A DNA stretch of 64,000 nt. Source: Mayamaea pseudoterrestris. Its lineage: Eukaryota. A program made the translations under genes and the position numbers. Under the pieces are notes generated by a model. It was not told where the DNA came from. It saw nothing but the letters and a program-made list of their open reading frames with translations, and made no database searches. Each line of letters starts with the position of its first letter. The first letter of the stretch is position 1. The DNA lies in assembly GCA_027923505.1 (NCBI GenBank), contig BROI01000002.1, forward strand, positions 868,001-932,000. Direction: 5' to 3'. This document shows positions 21,701 through 33,337 of this stretch, piece by piece.

Positions 21701-23325
21701 GTTCTGGGCGTTTCCTTGGCAGCAAACTCATCAGTCATTGTAATTACCGGCTCCTGAAATGCATGAGTTGGCGTCATCTCACACTTTTCGGAGAAATGTA
21801 CCATGGGCTGCGTCGGGAGCTGTGTTTCTTGTGGCAAGGGTGAGGATTTGTCGTAAACTCTTAACCCATCGCCTTCACATTCTTGCATCACATTTGTGCG
21901 CAACGCTGGCGCCCGCCAAGACTCTTCAAGCGTCATGAATGACTCATCAGCTTGACCAATCGGACTGGCTTGCAAGCTCGAAATGTCCATGCTGTTATCG
22001 GGTCGACTTGGAGTCGTTGGCAAATCGAAGACCGCTCCGCCCGCGCGAGGAAAGAGTGTGACAAGTGGGACGCGTCGAGGAGTACCCCTGCTTGGCGATT
22101 GACTCGTCTCAAGAGGAGCTTCCGGCTCGAAACTCTTCTCTAGCGCTCCCAAATTCATTTTCGTAGCTGCAACGCTGTCTTTTACCAGCCTAGATATAAC
22201 TCCATTCGCCGCAATTGACGGGGAAGCGAGCAACTCGCTCTCGGCGAGCAGCTTGGATGGCGTCGCCGAGTAATCCAATGTCAAAGTAGTCTCTTCCTTG
22301 TCAGCCGCAGGCTCGTCCACTTTCAAGGGCGAAAGGGCTGGTGGATACTCGCCTTCCTGCTTGATTGGAGACTTGGCAGGCGGGTCCTTGCTGCCAGTTT
22401 GAGCTTGTTTCTTTGCCACTCTATCACCGTCTACTACTTTTTCTTGCCGCACAACATATGAAATTATATCGGTCTGGGTGGCGCTTTGCATGCTTGCCCC
22501 GTTTGATTCACTCCCTTCCGCCTTGTCAAACGTCAAGACGCGGTTTACAATACTTGAATCATTCGATGTATTCCTGCCTTGCTCAAAGAGGGAGATTTTG
22601 TCCATAATCTTGCTCCTCGTTGCTCGCTGCAATGGACTCGGCGTTGGCAATGGACTTGTTGCGACCGCCACCTCGAGCGACTCTGATGACTGTTTCAATG
22701 ACGCAGGTGAACCTGTGGTTGCGAAAGCCACGTCCTGGTTCGCATCAAGATGCGACGTGACGGGGCTTGGGCGCTGCGTGACAGTCATGTTCCTTTCGCT
22801 AAAAGTATTTATAGCACTCTGAAACAGTCGTTGCTGCACTGGAGCAAGGTTAACCTTTTGCGTGGTCATTGGTGCTGATCCGGACAAGCTCTTCTTCTTC
22901 TTACTGCTGCTGCTATTATGACTGTTTTCAATGCCATGTTCCTTCCAAGGCGAATTTTCCAAAACGGATCTTGTAGTCTTTATATTGTTGTTTGGTGAAA
23001 CGCTCTTTTTGGAATCAAACGACGCGACAAGCTCGGACACCTTGTTTAAAGGCTCTGGTGCTCGCTTGACGACTTCCATTTTCGCCGCCATGTTCAAGAC
23101 GAGCGATGACTTTGTCTTTATCGACAAGGCGCTCTCCAACGACTTGTTGAGGTGCTGTTGAATGTGAAAATTGCCGCTGCTCAAATCAACGCCGTCGTCG
23201 CGAGAAGCGTCTGCACCCTTGGAAATCTTTGCAAGCGGCCAGCTTTGAATGCTGCTGGTGCTAGTGTCTCCAACGTTTGGTAGAGCCAATGATTTGCTGG
23301 ACGGTGAAGACACGTGCTGCTCCAT
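18748..23325 (-). CDS. Large, low-complexity Ser/Thr/Glu-rich hypothetical protein (1525 aa)
   Basis: 4.6-kb uninterrupted ORF; no recognisable domain. Confidence 0.75.
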   Translation of the reverse strand: MEQHVSSPSSKSLALPNVGDTSTSSIQSWPLAKISKGADASRDDGVDLSSGNFHIQQHLNKSLESALSIKTKSSLVLNMAAKMEVVKRAPEPLNKVSELVASFDSKKSVSPNNNIKTTRSVLENSPWKEHGIENSHNSSSSKKKKSLSGSAPMTTQKVNLAPVQQRLFQSAINTFSERNMTVTQRPSPVTSHLDANQDVAFATTGSPASLKQSSESLEVAVATSPLPTPSPLQRATRSKIMDKISLFEQGRNTSNDSSIVNRVLTFDKAEGSESNGASMQSATQTDIISYVVRQEKVVDGDRVAKKQAQTGSKDPPAKSPIKQEGEYPPALSPLKVDEPAADKEETTLTLDYSATPSKLLAESELLASPSIAANGVISRLVKDSVAATKMNLGALEKSFEPEAPLETSQSPSRGTPRRVPLVTLFPRAGGAVFDLPTTPSRPDNSMDISSLQASPIGQADESFMTLEESWRAPALRTNVMQECEGDGLRVYDKSSPLPQETQLPTQPMVHFSEKCEMTPTHAFQEPVITMTDEFAAKETPRTNNQSFTSHDSSSYKESFQSKRPPPAIPKRFSTANCLQRGAFVATDSSSRPRGEVASSNTYQAEVSSIVAALERVIPFNRNTKQVCIHGSSGHTQTDTDISGTVEYTRSSYGTDNESSLPTEGYSSCVSTPHSLDTYDDEEDIFEGLELEADKDELEQTNNLQATTGLEHSKTSALRPPHTHAQSQALRAPVTKSKRSFAQKKLRLTVPTAAQNIGLSTKQKIQLQQQREQQTKEKLSSRGKKQLSIGHPTFQVSSPVKSDNLFQHIAPDEYTSSDDSSYSSDTYTIHTLEIPQADVKEANGLVKSFFSFLSFGEDDSGNKEAVSPSSPPVENLPTVSPEPAKKLEYSAATLETDTESGPSFASIAFKDLLKLMNCNVGSDELLRTTEKHLSGEFGTSTHLEQNEPLEDRDPEVETLIYDVAFFDSLWNEITSRQTTPPSWTVSLCGSIDNVDSVAGGTEDLSPDEQKIFNAVFPSSKASPKARRKAAQVLSVCRQRFPSMYQSLVTQLEAKARRTKTNRKATPTQPVPSPITVLPPVKEEVLDAKNNDAAADYISNTGFAFSQTVLSSLQETAMTFMSAPTSTFTSDFSGEDDRISLEFSAFDEAIVDEVTSVQAPVQDEMEGSHVAKTSCMEIDMDDGEFANEKRFSTNEIVSGYLESSNEERLVLNYSSAEKECKEDDDIVPLSVLEEDDSTYILHYIEGSSKDCYVMESSRDAPTDDDLLSTYATNEGSFKLVDNELSVEPSGAWESFTPPRKQSASITAVELHTDALLSRSVSAPPGKPNESWEHFTTKNDIQYINTGVSLLATDKGTSKETTTYTDSRTEARSASAPKHRADSINEVVWLHKTPIRRGRATLSTDNQPVTPKAENITFGKLEDTEPQWEAFSASFFETAKQQELVATVKRDNTKKQSAPKLKSSKFDESLSYSRSQLEHPSVPLLDKHGRKECTGRSSKQTSSPTSVGPPKNRRLRVADLYSSKSKLF

Positions 23326-23752
23326 GCTGTCAATAATGATGCGTCCGTTTTTGTTTTCAAAATAATGCGGGCGGCAATGTCGACGACGACAATCTCAATG
23401 AGCTGACTGCTCCCCTACGCAACTCGTTATTATCTAGAGGCTTCCAATGGATCTTTATGACTTGAAACAGCAGGTGCATGGTCATGCGGCCAAGGTGCGC
23501 TGGAAATCATTGGCGAGCAATGCCAAACTCGTGACGAAAACACAAATTTTCAAGACTGGCTTGCTTGCAACGGAACGAATGAGCCGATGATGAGTATTGA
23601 TACGACAGTCAGATTCAGATATGACGCTGCTCGCATTTACTACAAGTTCTTGCATACAGCACGAGACTAGCGAAAAGTAGTATAGAATCATCTTCTTTTT
23701 ATAAATCTGTAAGTTATTCGCAATAATAATCTTCTCCTCAATTCATGTAAAT

Positions 23753-25234
23753 TCACGGCGCCATGCGAGGAACAAACGCGGGAATGCCAGTTATGGCTTT
23801 CCCCAATATAAGTGCATGAACATCGTGCGTTCCTTCATAGGTATTGACAGCCTCCAAATTGACCATGTGACGCATGACGTGATATTCGTCCGATACGCCG
23901 TTTCCGCCAAGCATGTCGCGAGCAGTCCGAGCAATCTCCAATGCCTCGCCGCAATTGTGACGCTTCATCATGGAAACCATTTCCGGCTTGGCCTTGCCAG
24001 CTTCCATGAGTCGACCCAAATGTAGACAACCTAGTCGTCCCAATGTAATGTCAGTACTCATGTCGGCAAGCTTCTTTTGAACTAATTGGTTCGCCGCCAG
24101 TGGCGCACCAAACTGCTTGCGGTCAAGCGTATACGCGCGCGCCAGATGCATGCAAGCTTCCGCGGCACCAAGCACGCCCCAGGAAATGCCGTAGCGCGCA
24201 TGGTTGAGGCAGCTGAATGGACCTTTCAGGCCTTGCACGTGGAGCTCGTTGTCCATGGGGACGCGCACGTCGTCGAGAAAAATCATGCCAGTCTCCGAAG
24301 CGCGCAAAGACATTTTGCCGGGAATCTTGGGAGCCGATAAACCAGGTGTGCCTGCGGAATGGAAGAATGAAAGCGTTATAAATTCGAAAATAAGAAAAGG
24401 CTCGTGTCACCTCCGAATTACCTGCGGACGCAAGTTTTCATCAATAAATTCTCATTTACCTTTCTCAATGACATAGCCTTTGATCTTGCCTTCCTCATTA
24501 CATGTCCATACAACAAAGACATCCGCGATTGGCGAGTTTGTAATCCAATTCTTGCTGCCATTCAATACAAATTCGTTCGTGCCCTTGTCGAATCGACTCT
24601 TGGTTTCCATACTACTTGGATCACTGCCATGATTTGGTTCCGTCAAACCAAAGCATCCAATCATTCGTCCCGCTCCAAGTTCCGGCAAGTATTTTCGTTT
24701 AATGCTTTCGTTGGCATACGCATAAATGGGATACATGACCAGGGACGATTGCACGCTCATGGCGGACCGATAGGCCGAGTCGACTCGTTCCACCTCCGTC
24801 GCAACGAGTCCGTAACTCACATATCCCAGTCCACCGCCGCCATAGTCTTCCGGCAAGGTGCATCCCAGTAAACCGACGCGGCCAAACTCCTGCATCAACG
24901 CGTGGTCCAATGTACGCTCGTTGCGATTCGCCTCGACAATTATTGGTTGGAGCTGCGACTGACAAAAGTCTCGGACAGAATCCTGAATCATTCGTTCATC
25001 GTCCGTCAATTGCGACCGAAAGAGCAATGGATCGTTCCAGTCATATGCGTTTTTGGTTGCAAAAGCATCGTGACGAGTGGTGTCAAGCGGAGGCGTCGTG
25101 GAAGAATGAGGGTGGTCGGACGCAGATGAGGCAGTCGACGAAAAAGCAAAGGACGCTCGTTGAAAGGTCTTTTTGCCAATTGCAACAATCTGACTCGATC
25201 GTCCAGCCATGGTGAAGGAGCTCCGCATCATCAT
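23753..25234 (-). CDS. GCDH: Glutaryl-CoA dehydrogenase, mitochondrial; intron 24352-24459
   Basis: [53 protein letters not shown]; Arg/Ser-rich presequence. Confidence 0.95.
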
Positions 25235-25501
25235 GTGTTTGTATGATTGCTACTCACTTGACTGTGAGCGATCATTGTCAAGTCGAAACGAACCTTCGTT
25301 TTCGACGCGTCGTCGTGATCGTGATTAGTAAGAACCGGTAAGACGGGATTGAACCGGTGCGATGTTCATTCGCGCCAAAGTTGACGTTTGCCCGTGACAT
25401 GATCGCCGCTTCATCACAGATCACAGAACATAATCCACCGCCAAGGCAGTGGCACTAGATCCTAGGATGCGCTATTTGAGAGTGTCTTTATCACCGGCGA
25501 C

Positions 25502-27417
25502 ATGACAAGCCACGCACTATGCCGCTCCCTTTTCGTGTTGGGCACGTACATTGTCGGTTCCATGCTCGGTGGTACGTCATCGTCGGCGCCCCAGTCGACC
25601 GCTCGTTCGAACCATCAAAGATCCGGCGAATCGCCAAGGACGCAAGAAGCCCTACATGACCAAGTGCATGACTTGCCCGGTTTGGAATATAGACCCAAAT
25701 TTGAAATGTTTGCCGGCTACTTGGATCCCGTTCCGTCACGGCACGTTTTGTACGTAACATTAGATCGAATGATGCGCGAGACTGCTTTGTATTCGTACTC
25801 GGCGTTGGCTAAGTAAAGAGTTCGTCCTCCACACAGCTACTGGTATGCTGAAAGCTTGAATGATCCAGAAAATGATCCAGTCGTTCTCTGGACAAACGGT
25901 GGCCCAGGCTGTTCGGGGCTGCTTGGTTTTGGGACAGAGAACGGACCTTTCTACATTGGCAAGCAAGGTACACCGATTCATCACAATCCCAATAGCTGGA
26001 ACCGAATTGCAAACATGCTCTACGTGGAGATACCCGCTGGTGTTGGTTTTTCCTACACTGACTCGCCGAATGACAAGATTACTGGAGATGCGCAAACGTC
26101 GTTGGATAACTATCAAGTCATTGTGGAGTTTTTCAAGCGGTTCCCAGAGCGATCAAAAAACGACTTTTACATTGCGTCGGAGAGCTATGGTGGACATTAC
26201 ATTCCACAGCTAGCCTTGGATATAATTCGAAGAGACTATGACCATGCCATCAATTTCAAAGGTTTCATGTTAGGCAACCCATACGTGGACCCTTACTCGA
26301 ACGAAGTGGCACAGTTTGAAGCCTACTACAGGTGAGTCGCAAAATCGTAGTGCGAAAGAAGCTATAATGCTTTTAATGTTATCTTCTCAAACATTTCCCC
26401 TTGTCCGCTGCAGTCATGGATTGATCGCCAAGCCCTTATTTGACCGCTGGAGATACACTTGTGACGATCCGGTTTATTACGATTCGGACGAGGTAAGTCT
26501 GTCCAGCTGGTCAGCAGAGGAAGTTCACATCTGTGCGTCTCATTCTTTTCTCTTGATATTCACAGTGCCAAGACATTATCCAAGACATGTTCAAGTCGTT
26601 TGGTCAAGGTATTAATCCGTACGCACTCGACTTTCCAGTCTGCAACGAAAAAGTAAAGCCTGACTTTCATCGGCAGCTCCGAGAAGGCAACCGTAAGCAA
26701 GATTCGGCACGGCAACGTCGCCACCTCGGTCATCACTTGCATCACAGACATCATCATACAGATGAAGGGACGGTACTAGAGGATGAGGATGCTGACGAAT
26801 ACACTACCTCGTCCCAAGTCAATTTTCTTCTTAATCAAACCATTCGTGACAGGTCACAGCCTGGTTTTCTTCCCATCCAAGAAAAGTACGTTCCCTGCGC
26901 ACAAGTGTACTTGGAGGAATACTTAAATCGCCACGACGTACGGAATGCGCTACATGTTTTGGACATTGCCACCTACAAGTGGAAGCCTTGCGGTGGCGTC
27001 AAATACTCGGAAGGCGACATTACAACGCCAGTCACGTCACTGTACAAGGAGCTTGTGCATCGAGCGCAGCATGGTCTCAGTGACTTGAAAATGCTCATCT
27101 TTTCCGGTGACGACGATGCCATTTGCTCCACGGCAGGAACGCAGCAGTGGATCTGGAACCTTGGCGTCAATGCCAAGGAAACGTGGACGCCTTGGAAGGT
27201 ACATGGTCAGACGGCTGGCTTTGTCACTCACTTTGATTTGGGCAAGAAGGCAAAAGGCAGCTTTTCGTTTGCCACGGTCCATGGAGCCGGGCACGAGGTA
27301 CCAGCTTACCGACCACAGGAGGCGCTAGACTTGTTTCATAAATTCTTGACAAACGACTGGCACAGCTCCTTGCATGAGTGGTATCTGCCGCGAGATGAAG
27401 AGTCGGATGCGGTATGA
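25502..27417 (+). CDS. Serine carboxypeptidase (S10 family); introns 25750-25836, 26332-26413, 26493-26565
   Basis: WTNGGPGCSG, SESYGGHY (Ser), GDDDAIC (Asp), GAGHEVP (His); splice sites reconstruct one frame. Confidence 0.92.
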
Positions 27418-27531
27418 GAGCCATTTTTCAGCACGTACCCTTATTGCGATGACGAGTACGACATGAAACAAATGTCTCATCCTCTAACTCAAAGGACATT
27501 ATAATACCAATCTTCTGAATAAGTTTACAAA

Positions 27532-28407
27532 CTAGTACATCACCAGTGAAGATATAAGAGCATACAACAATGCAACACCGACAGAAACAAACGAGCCACT
27601 TGAAGCTTCGCCGCCACCATCACCGCCATGCGCATCATCATGTTCATCACCATCGTCAACCACTGGTCCCTCACAAACGGGCGGTAGCGTATTGTTACCC
27701 GGTCCATTACCAATACCAGTGCAGTCAACATTGCCGTCGGCATCGGCGTGCGCATAAATTTGCTCGTACAAGTCGTAGCACTCGCTCGAGCTGTTGACGC
27801 CACCAGTTGCCACACTGGCGCAAAGCACTTGGCGCACCTGCGACTGCTTGTTTAGCGCGTACTCGTAGTACATCTGCAAGACTTGCGTGCAAATGAACTC
27901 CACCTCCTCTTGCGCACTGTCCGACTGCGACAAGTAAATGGCCAACTCCTGGTAGCAAAAGGACTCGTCGCTGACGCAATCCACTGGCTGAGCGTTATTC
28001 TCCGACTGAATCGTGTCTCTCCACTCGTAGTTGTTCGTCTCATTGTTCAAGACAAAGTACTCATCGTAGGACGATTTAAGAAAGTTACCAATGGGCGTAT
28101 CGGTGCGAAAGGCGGAAACAATGCTTGTCACATCCGCGTCGGTGCCATTGGCGTACGGACACATGCTAGAGACTTGGTCGACGGAAATCTCATCCTCGGT
28201 GCTAACGTTCAAGTCGCGAAGGCAGCGAAAGTCAACATGCTCCCAGGCCATTAAATGGCCCAAGTGGTAGCCGTAGACGGCGCAGCCGTCTTCGTTTGCG
28301 GCAGGAGTTGTGAGGGAACATTGGCAGGTTGTCAAATCGCCGGTTTCGTGTGCGAGTGAGTGGAGGAGAAGCAATGTAGCTAGAAGCGAATGCAAGAAGG
28401 AACGCAT
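27532..28407 (-). CDS. Secreted acidic Cys-rich protein, probably GPI-anchored
   Basis: Signal MRSFLHSLLATLLLLHSLA; many Cys; Gly/Asp spacer, then SSG and a hydrophobic C-terminal tail. Confidence 0.75.
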   Translation of the reverse strand: MRSFLHSLLATLLLLHSLAHETGDLTTCQCSLTTPAANEDGCAVYGYHLGHLMAWEHVDFRCLRDLNVSTEDEISVDQVSSMCPYANGTDADVTSIVSAFRTDTPIGNFLKSSYDEYFVLNNETNNYEWRDTIQSENNAQPVDCVSDESFCYQELAIYLSQSDSAQEEVEFICTQVLQMYYEYALNKQSQVRQVLCASVATGGVNSSSECYDLYEQIYAHADADGNVDCTGIGNGPGNNTLPPVCEGPVVDDGDEHDDAHGGDGGGEASSGSFVSVGVALLYALISSLVMY

Positions 28408-28751
28408 GATTGATTGAAAAAAGGAATGATAGACGCCGCGCTGTGCTTGTTTGGTCATGCAAGGTGCGGTTTCGACGACAACTTTTTCTTCGCGTCCGCG
28501 AGTTACCATCGTCGTCTTGCGAGGTCGCATGCCCTACCGGTACTCACGAGTCATTTGGGGTCATTTTCAAGCTCTAAACCTTAAGTAAGGATAGCTCCAA
28601 ATAGCTCCAACTTTAACTTTGGAAGACGCAATGCTGGCCGCAGACCGCGATTCACCATGATGCGCATGGATTCCAACGCAATCCAATCGTTGTTCACTTC
28701 GCTCCTCGTCACAACGACTAAAGCGTAGAGCAGCATACCGGTATCGTAACC

Positions 28752-31700
28752 ATGACATCAAATTCATCAGAACCCTACGGAACTACTCCTCTCCCAACAT
28801 CAAGCGCCGGAAGTCCCGTCCACGTCAAGATTGACACGGAAACTATCTTTCATAATGACAATCTCCAGCAACCGCAGACGCAGCACATGATTAAACTCGA
28901 CGCCAATTCTCCCACCGAAGATTCCGCCGCCAGTCTACTGGCCAACAATGAGCATTTCACCGTTTACGCCGTCAAGTCTGGCTTGATTCGCGTCCTGCAC
29001 AAGCATTCGACCATGCGCGCGCTGCTGCGACTTCACAAGCATCAGCTCGTTTCGGATATTCAGTTCTTTCCGAACGGCGACATACTTGCGACGGTGGCGC
29101 ATGACGTTGAAACGGGAAGCAGTAGCGTCATTGTGTGGCGGCTGTACGAAAAGGCTTCGGAAGTGTGTACCGACGTTTTGGTGGAGGTTCGCAATCACAG
29201 CTGCATCGTTTCGCGCGTCGTGTGGCACCCCTTCAACGCCAACCAGTTTTGGATGATTCATGATGCGGCAACTTCGACTACGACTGGACGGCAAACGATT
29301 GCCACCTTGGTGGAAACGACGCGGATCGAAACGGTGCCGCACGAATCGCAGTCGCATTCCGTCTGTCACGTGCCGGCCGAGGATGGCGTCATTGTGGCGG
29401 GTGCCATTCAGTTGGTCGCGTCAAACGAGGCGAGCTTGACGGATTTGGTGTGGAGCAGTCAGCAGTCGAAACATGTATTGTCCACCTTTGACAATGGAGA
29501 TATTGTCTTGTGGGATTTGAAGCAACTGGTGAACCATGCGCATGGAGTCAGTCGCGCCGTGACGCCGTCGCGCTTGGGCACGGTGCACGAAAACGGACCC
29601 ATTTCGCAGTGCGTCCTGCTGCCGCACGATTGCGCCATGACGCAGGCGAGTTCATCATGTGAAAATAATTGGACGCCATGCTTCGTCACTGGAACATATA
29701 AAAACAGAGTCTTGACGCTTTGGTCGGCCTTTGGACCAAACGCGCTGCCTACCAAGCTTCAAGTGGTTTCGTTGGAGCAACAATCATTGCCGTCGTCGTC
29801 CTACCTGTTGAGCGCCTGCTTTCAGCCATCGCCAACGACGGCGTCACCTCCAGCTTGCTTTTTGGTCTTGGCGGATCGTTCCGTGGGTCAAATCTTGGCC
29901 ATTCACTGCAAGTCCGAGTGGAGCGAGCAGAATGGCATATCCAAGCGCCCACTCTTGATTGGCTGCGACTACGTTGTTCCATTCAAGACGGTGCATCCGA
30001 CGTACGCCTGGAGCGTGGAAACAGTGCCAACGACGGATATTTCCGAGGAGGAGTTGAGCGAGCAAGGCAGTTTGGTGTTTGACGTGAAAATGATTTGCTA
30101 CCAAAGCACTGCCGTTCAGGCGCTCACGCTCACGAGCTACATGTGTTTGCCGCCGGAGCATTCGTACACGGATCCAACGAATGGTATAACGGCGGAGCGG
30201 CTAATGCAGGATGCAGTTTCGACGCACGTTTCTGACATTGGTTTGGAAAGTGATGATGATGACTTGATGTACGACGAGCAATATGATATTGCAGATGATG
30301 AATTTGGAAACAACAATTCTATGGATGATGATGACGAATACGAAGCGCCGGATGCGTCGGCCCTTCCGCCGCCGCCGGAGGGGTTCAGCAACGGCCAGCC
30401 AGCGGCGGCATCCCCACTGGTGAGCAATCCTTTTGCCAACTGGCTCGGGTCCATTGCTACCTCTGTCAAGGCACCGATGGCATCGACAGCGGAACCCATT
30501 CCATCGTTTCAGCCGCCGGAGACTGCACCGCCTTCGACGCCACCCACGTTGCCTCCGGGCCTATTGTCGCCCATGGACATTATCAAGGGTTCTGCCGCAA
30601 CATCAACGACGCAGCCAACGTCTAAGACTCCCCATGCCCACAAGGTTCGCGATGTGACGCCGACAACGTCCAACGCCAAGGGACGAAAAAAGCCGCCCAA
30701 GTCTGACCAATCGCAGCCTCAAATACTTCAACGTGAGGAGGAGGCTGCTGCTGCTGCTGCTGCTCGGCCGCTGGCGGATGCACCAAACAACGCTGTCAAG
30801 GAAAGATCTTTGGCTGCGGCCAAGAGCGACGTGGACAGTTCGCTATCGAATAATTTGCGTCAGGCTATTCGTGACGAGATTGAGGCCACAATGATGCCGC
30901 AGCTGCAAAGCATGCTGGAAACGTCGCTAAAGACGATTGTCGTCAGTGATCTTCGTGCGGCAATTGGTCGCATCAAGATTGATACCGGATCTATTTCGTC
31001 GGCAGTTTCACAAAATATTGAATCGTCTATGCAGACTGCATTCGCAGACAGCGTACGCACAGTCATGATTCCAACGCTCGAGTCTGTCAGTAACCAAGTA
31101 CTCGCCAAGGTTTCGGATCATTTGGAGAAGGCCGAGGTTGCAACAAAGACTGAAACGGCCCGCGACATGGATGCGATAACAAAACAGTTGGGAGCCATGA
31201 CGCAACTTGTGGTCAAGCTTACGGAGGAAGTACATTCATTGCGTGAAGCGGTGGCTAGTCAACAAGGGCAGCAACAAAAGCTGGGAACCCCAGTAGCGAC
31301 GGCCAAGGCGCCAGCTGATGGCTCGGCGGAGAAGTTTAAGCACGATATACTGGCGCTACTGAAGACAAAGAACTACGCTGAGGCGTTCACGTTAGGTAAG
31401 CATGTCTGTGCGACGCATTGAAGTTCATCCTTGACATATATTGTTGCTCATGCTGGCGCTTCTCCTCTTTATAGCTGTCTCGGCCTCCACTGCCGAAATC
31501 GCTCTCTTTTGCTGTGCCAATGCCGATGTCAATGATGTCCTTGGCGGATCAACACCAGTATTGAGTCAAATGGTACTCCTATGTCTCGCGCAGCAACTCG
31601 GCACCATTGTTGGTGCGCCGGTAGCTCCAATTGCTAGTGTGCAGTTAAGTCTTGAGTGGCTGCAGGAAATCGCCTTGTCCTTGAATCCACGGGACACTGC

Positions 31701-31836
31701 AATTGCCAGTCATGTTCCCAATGTTTTGCAGCAGCTGGTGGCTGGCATTAACAAGCGCATGGCGCAAAATGATCCGGTGTTGCGTCGGCCGCTACAGCGA
31801 TTGCTGCAAGTTATTCGTGGCATGCAAATGTCGTAA
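28752..31836 (+). CDS. EDC4: Enhancer of mRNA decapping 4 / VARICOSE / Ge-1; intron 31396-31474
   Basis: N-terminal WD40 (YAVKSGLIRVL, RALLRLH, RVVWHP), central Pro/Ser linker, helical region with F..S...MIP..E, C-terminal LSQMVLLCLAQQL..WLQE. Confidence 0.85.
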
Positions 31837-32010
31837 TAAACAGAAGGGAGTGCGACTATTATCGACTACTTAATAACATATTCAGCACGCAAAAGAGTGT
31901 GAGAAAACATAACATAAATTTCAGTCAACATAAGCTAGCTGGATTCGTATCGGTACTCGATTTCAAATTCCTGCTGCCGCACCTCGCAAGATTCCACTTC
32001 AAAATCAACC

Positions 32011-33141
32011 ATGGCGAGACGGCCGAAGGAAGTTGCCCCCGAGCCGGAGGACCCGACGGGATGGCTCATTGACAGCGGCTTTGCCGAGTTTCTGCTACTG
32101 AACACGTACATGATCAAGTACATGTGCATGTTTGGCTACACCTTTTTGCATGGTGAGTGCTGTGCTGCCATATTTTACTGTCCAAGCTGGCTGACTGCGT
32201 TGGCTGATGCGGTGCTGCATCTTAGAATGATAATCAGAACGATGCAATTACTGAAAGAAGCGGACTGGGACAGAAAGCAGGATCAATATTGTTTAACTCT
32301 CTATCTCGCATCGTTTACTATCAGGCTGCAAATTATACTCCAAACTCGAGAGTGAATTGGTTTCTCGGAGCTACAAGTTTATTTCCTTGGTGTTGGCATG
32401 CACTGGAGGTGGAACCCTTGTGCCAATCATTCTCAACAGCATCCCCGTGGCGCTTTCCGTCGATGCCTATGCGATTGCCATTTTGGCGTCATTCTTGGTG
32501 CACGAGTATGTTCCAATCTTGCGAGAAGTTTTGAATGTAAGGGGAATGCGAGAAGAAATAATGAATTGAAGCGTCCTATTCACACGCTAACTATACTGCA
32601 TCTCTTTCATTGCCGGCAGCACTCGAACATTTTGAAGGCAGGCATGATTGTCATGTACGAGACGCTTCGAGCATCCGTCGTTGTCAAGTTTACAGCCGCT
32701 GCCGGAATTTTGATTGCCCCGAGTGATTTTTCCATTCCAATTTTTGGCCCCATTGTTTGCGGCGCCATTGGAGGATGCGGAGGAGCCTTTATGGTGAGTT
32801 TGAAACTTGGGCGGATATTGCCATTGCTGTGTCCAATCGTGAGGCTGAATCATGTTGCCCTGACTTTCTTCAATACACAGCCACTGAACAAGGGACTGGA
32901 GCCAATCAAGGCAGATGGATTGGCCCAACCCATGGTTACGGCGTTCATTGCTGCTGCCTTTTACCATCTCTTTAACGCCACCTCGATTTCGGACGGCGTC
33001 ATTGGAGCGGAAAAGAAGTCGCAAGTTCTCATTGCCACTTTCTTTATTGCGACTAACTTGTACGCGTCAAAGGTGATTGGAGAACTCCCCTCGTCTAGGA
33101 GTACCTTGGCGAATGAAAGTGCATCTAAGAAGAAGAATTAA
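32011..33141 (+). CDS. TRIC/TMEM38-like trimeric intracellular cation channel family protein; introns 32153-32324, 32537-32619, 32794-32880
   Basis: Two glycine-rich helix repeats (LACTGGGTLVPIIL; GAIGGCGGAF) in a multi-TM protein; C-terminal SKKKN. Confidence 0.65.
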
Positions 33142-33337
33142 TGGTTGTTGTAGTAGGTGTTACCAGATATGTGCTTGTTTAAATTTTCTTAAAATGCTTT
33201 GTATTGCGTTGCAGCTGCGTACGAGCATAAACATGCATGATGACGCATCACAGCAGTACAAAAGTAGGAGTACGGCAATGATTAGTAATATTGTTTAAAT
33301 AACGTTCATTAGTTGTCAGCCAAGACCAGGATAGTGT

